This document shows, piece by piece, positions 11,371 to 23,013 of a stretch of DNA of 57,569 bases. The notes beneath the pieces were generated by a model. That model was given only the letters and a program-made list of their open reading frames with translations. It had not been told where the DNA came from and did not search any database. The first letter of the stretch is position 1. Each line of letters starts with the position of its first letter. Source of the DNA: Octopus sinensis (taxonomy: Eukaryota); contig NW_021833634.1 of NCBI RefSeq assembly GCF_006345805.1, positions 1 to 57,569 on the forward strand. The letters are read 5' to 3'. The position numbers and the translations under genes were made by a program.

Positions 11371-12445
11371 CCCTTTCGTTACCAAACCGGCCAAAGCCGC
11401 CCGAAAAAAATTTTGGTTAATGTGACCAAACCGCCCAAATTTACCTATTCATATTTAAATGAGAATATCAGAGCAAATCTCTTTAGTACATTCGTGAAAA
11501 CACGTGATTATACTTCGTAAACAGTTCATATACACTTTTGTACAACGATCGAAGTGTAATTTTAATTCCGTGAATTTTGGGAGATTTTTTTCCGAAATTT
11601 GTTCCTATTGTGTTTTCAAAATTTGTAATTCTGACAAAAAATGGATACGAATTTCATCATATCAAGCAGCGAGTCAGAATTCGAAGGTTTTTCTACTGAA
11701 GACCTTGATAAATCTAACTCTATGACTGAAAAAAAAAGCACGTGGTATTTGATAATGAATCTGATGTTTCATTTTCCGAAAGTGAAAACAGTGAATCCGA
11801 GAGCTCCGACAGCGATAAAGAAAATGAATTGGCACCTGAATGGAGTGAAAATTGAAAAATTGTTCCTTTTGGTGATTTTTCTGAAGAAACTGGACCAAGC
11901 AACAGACTTTCCCAGGAGAGAAAGCCTTAGACTATTTCTTTTTACTTTTTCGAATGAGCCTATTTGAAATCATTACAGCGGAAACGAACCGTTACGCTAA
12001 ATGTAAACAAAGCGAAAGAAAGGATAGTTAGTGGTTTCCCACAACCTTAAATGAAATTAAGACTATTTTGCCATAAATATTATTATGGGTATCAGAAAGT
12101 TACCCAGAATAAGAAAATCTATCGTAAAATTTTGTTGTATACCCAATTGAATATTAGCTAATAACCCATTTTCTATAGCGATGTTTGAACAAAATTTTAA
12201 TAATTTTATATTTTGTTGAATTTATCTGTATCTACCTGCAATTAGTGTCACTTTGTGACAAAAATTATAGTATAGAATTGGTTGAGAACATTTCATTAAA
12301 TTATCTTCCAAAAATCACATTAATATATTGATAAATAAAAAAGTTATAGTTGTTTAATGAAACCAGACTAAATTTATGATTATGTTAGAAATTAATTGAA
12401 ACAGATAAGGGTTGTATTTTGGTCAGAAATATAGTAACGAAAGGG
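11371..12445 (+). mobile_element. piggyBac internal-deletion derivative (1075 bp)
   Basis: TIR CCCTTTCGTTAC / GTAACGAAAGGG; TTAA at 11367-11370 (right TSD reduced to TT); retains the acidic N-terminus and TNRYA region of a piggyBac transposase. Confidence 0.92.
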
Positions 12446-12629
12446 TTCATAGGTGTGCATATTTTCAGCTGAACCAACCGACCACATAATGCACTGGGGC
12501 CTCACTGAGGCAATGGCGAAGGACCGAGATCTCTAGAGATATGCTGTGACTGCAAAGACCCGGGCTGCTTCCTGCACCAGTACCGCATAGCCCCTGCCCA
12601 TTCAAAGTACCTTGGATTCCAGAACACCC

Positions 12630-13000
12630 CGCTGTGCTTGCGGAGACCTGTTGAGTCAAGTACATGAACATCGAAATAAATATCAATGGAAATAGTAGCT
12701 GTGATACCTGTGACGGTGGCACATAAAAAGCACCATCCGAACGTGACCGATGCTTGGTTGGCTTCCGTGCCAGTGGCACGTTAAAAGCACCAACCGATCG
12801 TGGCCGATGCCAGCCCCCCCCCCCCTGGTACCTGTGCAGGTGGCACGTAAAAAGCACCCACTACACTCGCGGAGTTGTTGGCGTTAGGAAGGGCATCCAG
12901 CCGTAGAAACACTGCCAGATCAGACTGGAGCCTGGTGCAGCCCCTGGCTTCCCAGACCCCGGTCAAAGCGTCCAAAGGGACGTTAAACGATGATGATGAT
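12630..13000 (+). mobile_element. RTE LINE 3' UTR fragment
   Basis: Same tail consensus, ending in (GAT)n. Confidence 0.8.
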
Positions 13001-13326
13001 ATATATATATATATATGTGTGTGTGTGCACGCATTATATATACAAATTATATATATATATGTATAAATTAAATTAGTGATAAAACCACTAATAGGCAAAA
13101 AAAAACAAAAACAAAAACATAAAAAGAAAAATATAATATATAAAATATATAAAATTGAAAAATTTAAATTATTTAAATTTAAAATAAAAATTATTAAATT
13201 ATATTTATAATTTGTTTAAAAATATATATGACTATCAAAAAGTATGAAAAAGTTTAATATACATAAATACAGATATATACACTTTGTATATATACATTAT
13301 ATATACATATTTATATATCAAACACA

Positions 13327-14247
13327 CATCATCATCATCATCATCATCATCGTTTAACGTCCGTTCTCCATGCTAGCATGGGTTGGACGGTTCGACCGGG
13401 GATCTGGGAAGCCAGAAGGCTGCACCAGGCTCCAGTCTTATCTGGCAATGTTTCTACAGCTGGATGCCCTTCCTAACGCCAACCACTCCGTGAGTGTAGT
13501 GGGTGCTTTTTACGTGCCACCTGCACAGGTGCCAGGCGAGGCTGGCAACGGCCACGGTCGAATTGGTGTATTTTATGTGCCACCGGCACGGGAGCCACTC
13601 GAGGCGGTGCTGGCATCGGCCACGAGTCGGATAGTGCTTTTTACGTACCACCAGACCAGGGATCCTGGCTGGTTCAATTCGATTTCGATTTCGCTTTCGC
13701 TTGCCCCAACATGTCTTCGCAAGCAAAGGGGGTTGGCATGGGTGCCTGTCGTCGGATGAGGTTCTATATCGACTTCGCTTGCCTCAACCGGTCTTTGTGT
13801 CCAAGGGAGGAAAGGCATTCATAAGTGGGCTGGGCTCACTTGTCCTGCCTGGTCTTCTCACGTACAGAATATTTCCAAAGGTCTTGGTCGCTGGTCATTT
13901 CCTCAGTGAGGCTTAAAGTTCGAAGGTCGTGCTTCACCACCTCGTCCCAGGTTTTCCTGGGTCTACCTCTTCCACGGGTTCCCTCAACTGCTAGGGATTG
14001 GCACTTTCTCACACACCTATCTTCATCCATTCTCGCCACATGACCATACCAGCGCAATCGTCTCTCTTGCACACCACAACTGATGCTTCTTAGGTACAAC
14101 ATTTCTCTCAAGGTGCTAACGCTCTGTCGAGTATGTACACTGATATTACACATCCATCGGAGCATACTGGCTTCATTCCTCACGAGCTTACGCATGTCCT
14201 CAGCAGTCACGGCCCATGTTTCACTGCCATGTAGCATGGCTGTTCGT
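13327..14247 (-). mobile_element. 5'-truncated RTE LINE (RT C-terminus + 3' UTR)
   Basis: AMLHGSETW...RRLRWYGHVARM...RGRGRPRKTW ORF end 13836-14247; 3' UTR ends in (GAT)n (CAT on + from 13327). Confidence 0.92.
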
Positions 14248-14674
14248 GAACGCAATGAATATCTGATTCATAATATTTGTTCTCATGATTGTGTGTTGTT
14301 TGTAGCGATGATAATTCTCCCTATGTATGCCGACAGATACATCAAAGAAAGCCGTCTGACGACCTTATAATGGCAAAGTGAAAGGGAGTTGAGAGGAATA
14401 CATTAAATAACGGGAGTGGACATTGTCAACGTTATGAATGAAGGGGAGTAAGAGAGGGAAAGGAGGAAATAGCGTGAGTGAAGAAGATGGCCCATAGCAA
14501 CCACACCTTTTAAGATAGGGATTTCTAAGGTAGCCCACGAGCATCGTCACCTCATTCTACATGTCCCTGTAAATTTTGGAGCGAATCGGACGGGTCGTAG
14601 TGGCATTGAAAGCGATCCAAGCGGTAAAAACGCATTTCAGTTTTATATATAGAGATATATATATATATATATAT

Positions 14675-14983
14675 GGAGGCGCAATGGCCTAATGGTTAGG
14701 GCAGCGGACTCGCGGTCATAGGATCGCGGCTTCGATTCCCAGACCGGGCGTTGTGAGTGTTTATTGAGCGAAAACACCTAAAACTCCATGAGGCTCCAGC
14801 AGGGGATGGTGGTGATCCCTGCTGTACTCTTTCGCCACAACTTTCTCTCACTCTTTCTTCTGTTGGCCTGCTCGCTTAGCCAGCGGGGTGGCGTCATTTG
14901 AAGGATAAAACAATGTGAAGCGCATTGTGACCAGCGATGTGTAACAACATCTGATAGCCTGGTCGGTCACGGTGATCACGGTG

Positions 14984-14985
<2 letters not shown>
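14675..14985 (+). mobile_element. tRNA-derived SINE (family 2), apparently full length
   Basis: GGAGGCGCAATGGCCTAATGGTTAGGGCAGCGGACTC...GGCTTCGATTCCC head (A/B boxes); tail repeats CACGGTGAT; flanked by (TA)n. Confidence 0.85.
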
Positions 14986-15014
<29 letters not shown>

Positions 15015-15016
<2 letters not shown>

Positions 15017-15480
15017 TCATCATCATCATCGTTTAACGTCTGCTAGAATGGGTTGGACGATTTGACTGAGGGCTGGCGATCCAGATGGCTGCACCAATCT
15101 CCATTCATGATCTGGCAGAGTTTCTACAGCAGTATGCCCTTCCTAAAGTCAACCATTCTGAGAGTGTAGTGGGTGCTTTTACATGCCACCGGCATAGGGG
15201 CCATTCAGGCGGTACTGACAACAACCTAACTCGAATCTTTTTACACATGCCACCGGCACAGGTACCAGTAAGGCTACGCTAGTAATGATTACATCTCAAG
15301 TGGTGCCTTGTACGTGCCACTGGCAAACAAGCTAGTTAGCTGCTCTGGCAACGATCATACTCGGATGATGCTCTTAGCACCCAACTAGCACGGGGCACAA
15401 GTGCCAGTAAGGCGACAGCGGTAGCGATCACACTTGAATGGTGTGTTTTATGTGCCACTGGCAACGATCACACTTGTATG
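15015..15480 (-). mobile_element. Diverged RTE 3' UTR fragment
   Basis: (CAT)n-CGTTTAACGTC start and degenerate GTGCCACCGGCA repeats. Confidence 0.75.
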
Positions 15481-15502
15481 GTACATATATATCTATGTAT
15501 TT

Positions 15503-15562
<60 letters not shown>

Positions 15563-15787
15563 ATCTTAGGGTAGCAAGAATATTCATTGAAAAATTCTTA
15601 GTTACTAGTGGTCTAGCAAGAAAGAAAAAATGAGTCAATACACTATATATTATTCAGAGAAGAATACAGTGTACGTTCAAACACAAAAGAGATACCCGAA
15701 GAATAGGATATCTGACTCGCTAGAAAGAGCAGTTAAAACTCCAAGCCACTAATTGTTGTAATTACAAAAGTGATTTTTCAAAATAAC

Positions 15788-15920
15788 TTGCTTAACAACC
15801 ACATGGTTCAGGGTTCAGTACCACTGCATGGCACCTTGGTGAAGTGTCTTCTACTATAGCCTCAAACCGACCAAAGCCTTGTGAGAGGATTGGTAGACGG
15901 AAACTGAAAGAAACCCGTCG
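15788..15920 (+). mobile_element. SINE family 1, 5' half
   Basis: AACCACATGGTTC.GGGTTCAGT.CCACTGC...GGTAGACGGAAACTGAAAGAA matches the 118-437 copy. Confidence 0.8.
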
Positions 15921-16399
15921 CATATATGTGTGTATATATTTACATAAGTTATATTTCTATGGTAACGTAATTTTGGTTTGATTTTTTAACGGCTAAGAAT
16001 TTAATTTCACTTCATAATTTGAAACTGACTTGTAAGTATGTATTTTATTTCTCCTTATGTCATATTGTTATTTTTGATATTCTGGTTAATTACGATGTAT
16101 TTAATGTTGTTTTTTATTGGAGTGTTTATGTATATGAGATTGTGTGTGAGTTTTCAGTTGTATAATTTTTTATCTGTATGAGTGTGGGTGTGTAAATATT
16201 GTTGTATATATCGAGTTTAGTGAGTATGTATATGCGTATATGTGAGGGAGTATATGTATCTGTTGTGTGTGTGTGTTTTGCGTGTGTGTGTGTTTGTGTG
16301 TGAATGTGTATATGGGTTTGTTATTTAGGTTTTGGGATGTATGTGTTAATTTGTCTGTGTGGGGAGGGAGTGGGTTTTTGGTGTATATTGAGGTTTATA

Positions 16400-17435
16400 A
16401 GTTAGTATAGGTATGTGTATAAGTCGTGGGTCTGTGGTTTACATGTGTGTTTTTTGTGTGTGAATGTTTAGGTTAGGGGGATTGCTATATAGGTTTGTTA
16501 TAGAGTTTAGCAAAGGGAGATTTTATCGTTATATGTTTTTAAGAGTTTTGGTTTATCATGGTTTTTTTTTTTAGGGAATTCGTGGTAATTTGTCTATTTT
16601 CGATGTTGGTTGTTTTATTACATTGTTTCATTCATAATTTTTGAGTGGTGTTCGTTTTGCCACGTGAATATTATTTTTAATTCCATTTATTCCATTTCTC
16701 CATTCATTATTTTAAAAGATGTTCGTTTCCAGAGCGGTTATACTTTTTATACATATGTTAAGTTCCTTGGTAAAGTAATTTTGTTTGGTGTATATGTTGA
16801 GGCGTATATGTACTTGTGGGTGTGTGTGAGTGGGGTGGGTGTTTGTATTTGTTATGGGTGTGTGGTTTACGTGTGTGTATTTGTGTGTGAATGTATAGGT
16901 TAAAGGGATTGCTATATAAGTATGTTATAGTGTTTAGTAAAGGGACGTTTTATCATTTATGTTTTGTGAGTTTTAGCTTATCATGGTAGTTTTATAAAAG
17001 AATCCATTCATAATTTTTGTGTTTATTTGTCTGTGTGGGGTTGAGTGGGTTTTTGGAGTATATGTTGAGGTTTATATGTATGTATAGGTATGTGTAAGTG
17101 GTGTGGGTATTTGTATATGTCGTGGGTGTGTGGTTTACGTGTGTGTATTTGTGTGTGAATGTATAGGTTAAAGGGATTGCTATATAAGTATGTTATAGTG
17201 TTTAGTAAAGGGAGATTTTATCATTATATGTTTTTATGAGTTTTGGTTTATCATGGTAGGTTTGTTAAGGAATTCGTAGTAATTTGTGTCTATTTGCGAT
17301 GTCTGTTGTTTTATTGCATTGTTTCATTCATAATTTTTAAGTAGTGTTCGTTTTACCAAGTGAATATAATTTTTAATTCCATTTATTCCATTTCTCCGTT
17401 CATAATTTTAAGTGATGTCCGTTTTCTAGAGCGTG
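16400..17435. repeat. GT-rich diverged segmental repeats (three ~150-bp and two ~145-bp blocks), probably decayed PLE sequence
   Basis: GGTTTAC.TGTGTG...GGGATTGCTATATA...TATCATGGT occurs three times; GTTTCATTCATAATTTT...CCATTTATTCCATTTCTCC occurs twice. The PLE origin is inference from the adjacent HHR module. Confidence 0.55.
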
Positions 17436-17869
17436 AATGTGGGTTGTATGTGTGTGTGTGTGGGAGTATGAATAAGTATTGTGTTGAAGTATTTAGCTAT
17501 TTTATTTATTTATAGTTGCCTAGACGTTTTTATGTGTATGTATAGGGATATATATAGGTGTGTGATTTAGTGTATGTAGTTAGATATGGTTATATATAAT
17601 TAGGTATATGTGTATGGGTGTATATATAGTTTATTATTATATTATTATTATTTTTTTGTTTTGTTTTATATTTTATATTTTATATTTTATATTTTATATT
17701 TAATTGTTGATAGGTTTATTTTAGTTTATATATTGTTTATATATTGATTATATATGGATTATATATAGGTTATATATGGATTATATATTTATATTTTTTC
17801 ATTCATACTTTAATTATTTTAAAATTATTATTTTTATATTTTAAAATATTGATATTTTAGATTGGAAGT

Positions 17870-17912
17870 CCACCTGAAGATTGTCGATCAAGACAAGAAA
17901 CAATTGTAGTGG
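17870..17912 (+). ncRNA. Minimal type I hammerhead ribozyme (family A), intact core
   Basis: CCAC-CTGAAGA-TTGTC/GATCAA/GACAA-GAAAC-AATT-GTA-GTGG: stem I CCAC/GTGG, 5-bp stem II, palindromic stem III ACAATTGT, GUA cleavage triplet. Confidence 0.85.
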
Positions 17913-18084
17913 CGGTTTTTTTGACTATTTATTAAAATTTTATGTATTGATTAAGTCTTTCCTTGTTTGTTTTGCAAAATAGTGGTTTTGTCTCTAATAA
18001 TATTTTATAATATTTTACTATAAAATTGGATTTAATCCTAAATCTGATTTTTTCCCTGTAAATTTGGATTTATTCCCTAATATT

Positions 18085-18116
<32 letters not shown>

Positions 18117-18119
18117 AGG

Positions 18120-18338
18120 TATGTGTGTGGATATGTTTGTGTCTGTGCTTGTCCCCCCAATGTCGCTTGACAACCGACGTTGGTGTGTTTACATCCCTGT
18201 AACTTAGTGATTCAGCAAGAGAGACAGATAGAATAAGTACTAGGCTTACAAAGAATAAGTCCTGGGGTCGATTTGCTGAAATAAAAGGTGTTGCTCCAGC
18301 ATGTTCACAGTCAAATGACTGAAACAAGTAGAAGAGTA
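18120..18338 (+). mobile_element. SINE family 1, 3' half
   Basis: GATAGAATAAGTACTAGGCTTACAAAGAATAAGTCC...CAGTCAAATGACTGAAACAAG. Confidence 0.8.
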
Positions 18339-18345
18339 TATGTAA

Positions 18346-18376
<31 letters not shown>

Positions 18377-18494
18377 CATACATACATATAATATAGATAC
18401 ATATATATATCAGGGGCATGCACTCTCAGGTATGCAAGGTATGCGCTGCATGCCTTGTGATTTTTTAAACCATATTTTGTCTCCCCTTCTCCTC

Positions 18495-18815
18495 TCTCAG
18501 TGACTCGTACTTCTGCTTTGAGAAGATCGCATGACACACACTCCCTCTCTGACTGTATTAGTTTGTCCTTCCTTCCTCTCTCTCTCTTAGTGACTCGATA
18601 AATTCATTATGGCGTGTCATGCTTTGAGAAGACCGCATGACACCCCCTCTCTCTCTCTCTTTGTTAGTTTGTTCCTCCTTCCTCTCTCTCTTAGTGACTT
18701 GTTTAAAAGATATGCTAGGAGGAATGGTCATTCATAATAGTTTGTACACCCCTTCTCAGTAATTCAACAAATTCATTGTGGCATGTCATGCTTTGAGAAG
18801 ACTGCATGACACGCC
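18495..18815. repeat. Three imperfect repeats, two with an intact 8-9-bp hairpin
   Basis: (GTGTCA)TGCTTTGAGAAGA..GCATGACAC at ~18513, 18614-18643 and 18784-18811, separated by CT-rich spacers. Confidence 0.7.
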
Positions 18816-18937
18816 TCTCTGTCTATTTGTTAATGTAGAATTGTTGCTAACCTGGTTCCACTTTCGACCCGTAAAATTTTCGACCGGAACAAGAGCAGTC
18901 CCATAATTCTTGAGTTAACCAGCTGAAATGTTGGAAT

Positions 18938-20064
18938 CATCATCATTGTTCGACCGTGGTCGAGACAATGGAATTTACCATGTTGCGCCAGACTTCACGG
19001 TCCATCATAGCATTACGGAGGTCCTGTTGCTGGATGCCTGTATCCCTGGAGATTACATCAGGGTAGGAGAGTGTGCGCCCTCTGGTGTTGCGAGTAGATG
19101 GCTTCCAGAGGAGAAGAGTAAAAATTACTTCTTTTTCAGCTCTACAACAATGTCCAGCAAACTGGACTCTCCTACCTTTCACAAGAGATGACACAGGTGG
19201 TAATTTCCCATATATTTGCATTTTAGTTGGATGGCGCCTCCACGAGAGATTTTGAGCTCTCATAAGGAGGCGAGTGTAGGTTCCATCCAACCGCCTCTCA
19301 AGCTTCTTTGATAACGTCCAGGTTTCTGAGCCATATAGTAGGATTTGTTCGACTGTGGCTTTGAATATTTCAAGTTTGAAGTCTCTACTTAGATTTGATG
19401 ACCAGATCTTATGCATGTCATTACAGGCTGACCAGGCCATACCCTTTCTAGTTAGAAAGTCTTTTCCAGATGATGATATGTATGACCCAAGATATTTAAT
19501 CAGAAACCATATTTAAAGGTGCACTGTTGAGAGTGTGGATGATGCAATCACTGTTGGACAGGCACTTGTTTATGTAATCAGTTTTGGTCTCATTGAGGTA
19601 AAGACCTACACAATTTGAGGCTTGTTCAAGAGATTGTAAAAGAGACTGGGCATTGGAGAGAGAATCACTGATAAGAGCGATGTCGTCAGCAAAGTCAGTG
19701 TCTGTCAAGTACTCAGCTGAGTGTCTGGAACTTCTTCTTGGTTTTATTTCAAAGCCCTTGCCAGAGATGGTATCAACTGACATACGTAGCACATAATCAA
19801 CAACAATGATGAAAAGAAATGGGGCGAGTGTGTCTCCCTGCAGTATTCCGGCCTCGATCGAGAAAGATGATGTTTCTCCATCAGGGGTTAAGATGGTTGA
19901 AGACATATCTGTGTAGAGGACCTTGATGGCAGAAATAATTTTGTCTGGTATCCCATAGAGCTTAAGGATTTCAAACATCTTGCACCTATCTACAGAATCG
20001 AACGCTTTAGAAAAGTCTACAAATACCATTGCAAGATCGCGATTAAATGCTTTTGATTCTTCAA
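18938..20064 (-). mobile_element. 5'-truncated RTE-clade LINE with 12-bp TSD
   Basis: FVDFSKAFDSV, GILQGDTLAPFLF, FADDIAL, LLYGSETW; (GAT)n tail; TSD AAATGTTGGAAT at 18926-18937 and 20065-20076. Confidence 0.95.
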
Positions 20065-20307
20065 AAATGTTGGAATAGCCTCGCAGTAAGTTTCAATTTT
20101 TTTATCCAAAACATCAGTTTGCACTATTATATTTTTGGAGTGTTTTGAAAGCAAAAATATAATCTATATTATATTTCTTATTTCAGAAATAGCTAATTAA
20201 TCTTAAATTAATTTAACTAAGGGTATTTTTCCGTTTTGTTGAAATTGACTTACAATTTACGCCGGCGCTTCCACATGGGTTCTTATATAAAAGCAGCCTT
20301 TTTCAAA

Positions 20308-22444
20308 ATGAGTGAAATGTGTGTTATAAACGATATTTTGAGAAATAGTTTTTCGAAAAGAGACTTCGATGGAAAATAATGAATTATAAACGGTGGGAGA
20401 CCAACACTGAATATACCTAATTTGCAAAGCTACAACAAGAAATTCACGAGACAATTTCAGGTTAATTTGTATGAAAAGAAAAAATGGCTAACTGGAAGTG
20501 TTGCTCTTAATAAATTATTCTGTTGGCCATGTTTACTTTTTAGCTTAGAAAAAAATGTTTGGAATGATAAAGGCTATGATGATTTAAATAATTTACATAT
20601 GGCTATGCTAAAGCACAAGCGTTCTCAAAGGCATATAAAATGTTTGATAGATCTCAAAATATTGGGTATGTTCGCATAGACTTACAAATAGATGCACGTA
20701 AAAATCAAAGCACACATTATAATGAGAAAGTTAGACGAAACAGATCCATTCTGCAACGATTGATCGATGTTGTTATTTTTTTAGGCCTCCAGGAATTATT
20801 GTTTCGGGGTCATTTTGAATCTGAAGGCTCTAATAATCGTGGAAATTATAAAGAACTTGTATATTTGATCAGTAAATATGACAAAAAAAATGGAAAGTCA
20901 TCTAGATACAGCTTCTATCTTCACCGGTCTGTCAAACAGAATTCAAAATGACTTGATCGAAGCAATTCATAAAGTTATGTGGAATGAGATGCAGAAGGAA
21001 ATTGAGCAAGCTAAGTTTGTTTCTATTCTTGTTGATGAGACATCTGATGTCTCAGCATCTTCACAACTGTCAACAGTTTTATGTTATGTTACAGAAGACT
21101 GTGTGACGAAAGAACGATTTATCGGTTTTAGTGATGTTAGTGCAGATCGATCTGCAAATGCTTTATCTGAACATGTTTTTAAATGCATTGAGACATGGGA
21201 ATGTGGAAACAAATTGATTGCACAGACATATGATGGTGCCACTACAATGGCAGGACAACTAAATGGGTTACAGGCAAAAGTAAGAAAGAAATATGAATGT
21301 GCAATCTTTATTAATTGTTGTGCCCATATCCTAAATTTAGTTCTTTCACAATCATGCTCTGCTATGAAAGAATGCAAGATATTTTTTTCTACAATAAACG
21401 GACTTGGTACATTTTTTACGAAATCACTGAATAGGGCTAATGCATTAGATAACATTGTTAAAAAAAGATTTCCGAAAGCAACAGCAACTAGATGGAATTA
21501 CTCCTCACGTCTTATTATTACCACAAAGGAAAATTATAATTTCATAATCAGCCTTTTTGAACACATCACTGAAAATCCTGAAGCATGGGATGATACCACC
21601 ATAAATTCAGCAATTGGATTCTTACACACTTTAAAAGCTCCTGATTTCGTATTTTTGCTAGAAGTATTCAGTGACATATTTTTCTTTTACTGACGTCTTA
21701 TTTAACATACTCCAGAGTAAAAGGCATGACATAGTGTATTGTAAAGAGCAAATAGATAAAACTAGAACTGTACTCAAAAACAAACTTGATAATTTTTCAA
21801 TCTTTTATGATAGGTTAGGGGAAAAATATGGAGTCGATGCAGGAATCGGAATTCAGAGATCCAAGAATATATCTACTGATCCCCAACGACATTATAGAAT
21901 GCTTTATAACAAAATTATCAGTTCAATAGTTGACCAAATAAAAGCACGATATTCATCCTTAGAAGAGTTTAAATTCATGGAACTTTTGAATTTCAACAAA
22001 GTTAATGAGTATTGCAAACAATTTCCTGTGGGCACTTTAGATTCTTTAAGAACAACTTATGGCAGATTTTTTGATGTAATACGATTACAAAGTGAGCTCA
22101 ATGTGCTGTATTCAATGAAAGATTTTAAAAAACCAAGTGTAAGTCATTTAATGAGTTACATTTACAGCAGTGATCTTGTTGAAGCTATGCCATAACTCTT
22201 CAATCTGTGCAAGTTGATTTTGACAATTCCGTCTACCACTGCTTCTGTACAGCGATCCTTTTCTGCATTAAGTAGAATTAAAACATACCAAAGAAATGCG
22301 ACAGGAAAAAGAAGACTGTCTGGGTTAGCACTAATGTCAATTGAAAAAGATTTATTACAAGAATTGATGAAAGGAGATTTCTATGAAAATGTGATGGATA
22401 TATTTGCCCAGAAAGATCGAAGAATTGAATTGATCTATAAATGA
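20308..22444 (+). pseudogene. hAT-superfamily transposase (ZMYM1/DUF4371-like), frameshifted
   Basis: FCWPCLLF, FRGH..SEGSNNRGNY, ILVDETSD, QTYDGA, NCCAHILNL, TRWN, and hATC-like TIPSTTASVQRSFS (catalytic Glu reads Gln). TIRs not located. Confidence 0.9.
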
Positions 22445-23013
22445 GGTAAATAACATTTTAAAACATTAAAAAAATTAATATATTAAAGAGCATATATCAC
22501 AGGTTTTGCTTAGTGTTTGTTATAATGTAAGGTTCGACCTTCTTACATCAGAATTGTTTCGCAGAAGAAATGTTTCAATTTCTTCGTCAAACCTAACCTA
22601 CATAGATTTCCCTTTCTGTGCTGCTGGCTGTAGTCTATTTATGGCCATAAATAAGTGTCTTGTTTCACTTTCAATAAGTGTCTTGTTTCAATCTCAGAGA
22701 TGTTGACTCTGCCACAACAGTTTTGGGAGGCTTTTTACAATGTTGAATTTTCGCTGTCTTTCATTGTGTGTGAATTCATGTCTGCGTAAATTTTCAATGT
22801 GTGTGTGTGAGACGTAGTCTTTTAATATATGGAGTTCAGTAAGTCTCAGAACAGTCAATAATTTTCCTGGAATTGACAAGTAGCATGATAAAGAACCTGA
22901 CTTATCTTCGAGAGCGTAACGATCTAAAACCATGGCCATATAATGTAACTAAATGTGTTCTTTTCATTAAATCATTTCAAATTGATTCGGCTCAACCAAT
23001 AGGTATAGGGGCT

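Larger units (their letters stand above)
10439..14655 (-). mobile_element. Non-autonomous Helitron (family B), copy 2, expanded by nested insertions
   Basis: CTAG at 10439-10442 abuts the TC of copy 1; its own A|TC 5' end is at 14655; ~250 bp of 5' sequence shared with 10190-10438. Confidence 0.8.

Noticed and set aside
14675-14750. Possible tRNA gene
   Set aside because: The tRNA-like head runs straight into a SINE body and tail; no matching acceptor stem or oligo-T terminator.
19681-19695. CTGANGA matches inside TE coding regions (e.g. here on the minus strand; also ~6625, ~8163, ~13902)
   Set aside because: Explained by codons such as those of FADD; no flanking stems or GAAA-NUH.
18830-22560. 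TIRs and 8-bp TSD for the hAT element
   Set aside because: I could not find a convincing inverted pair by eye, so only the transposase remnant is reported.
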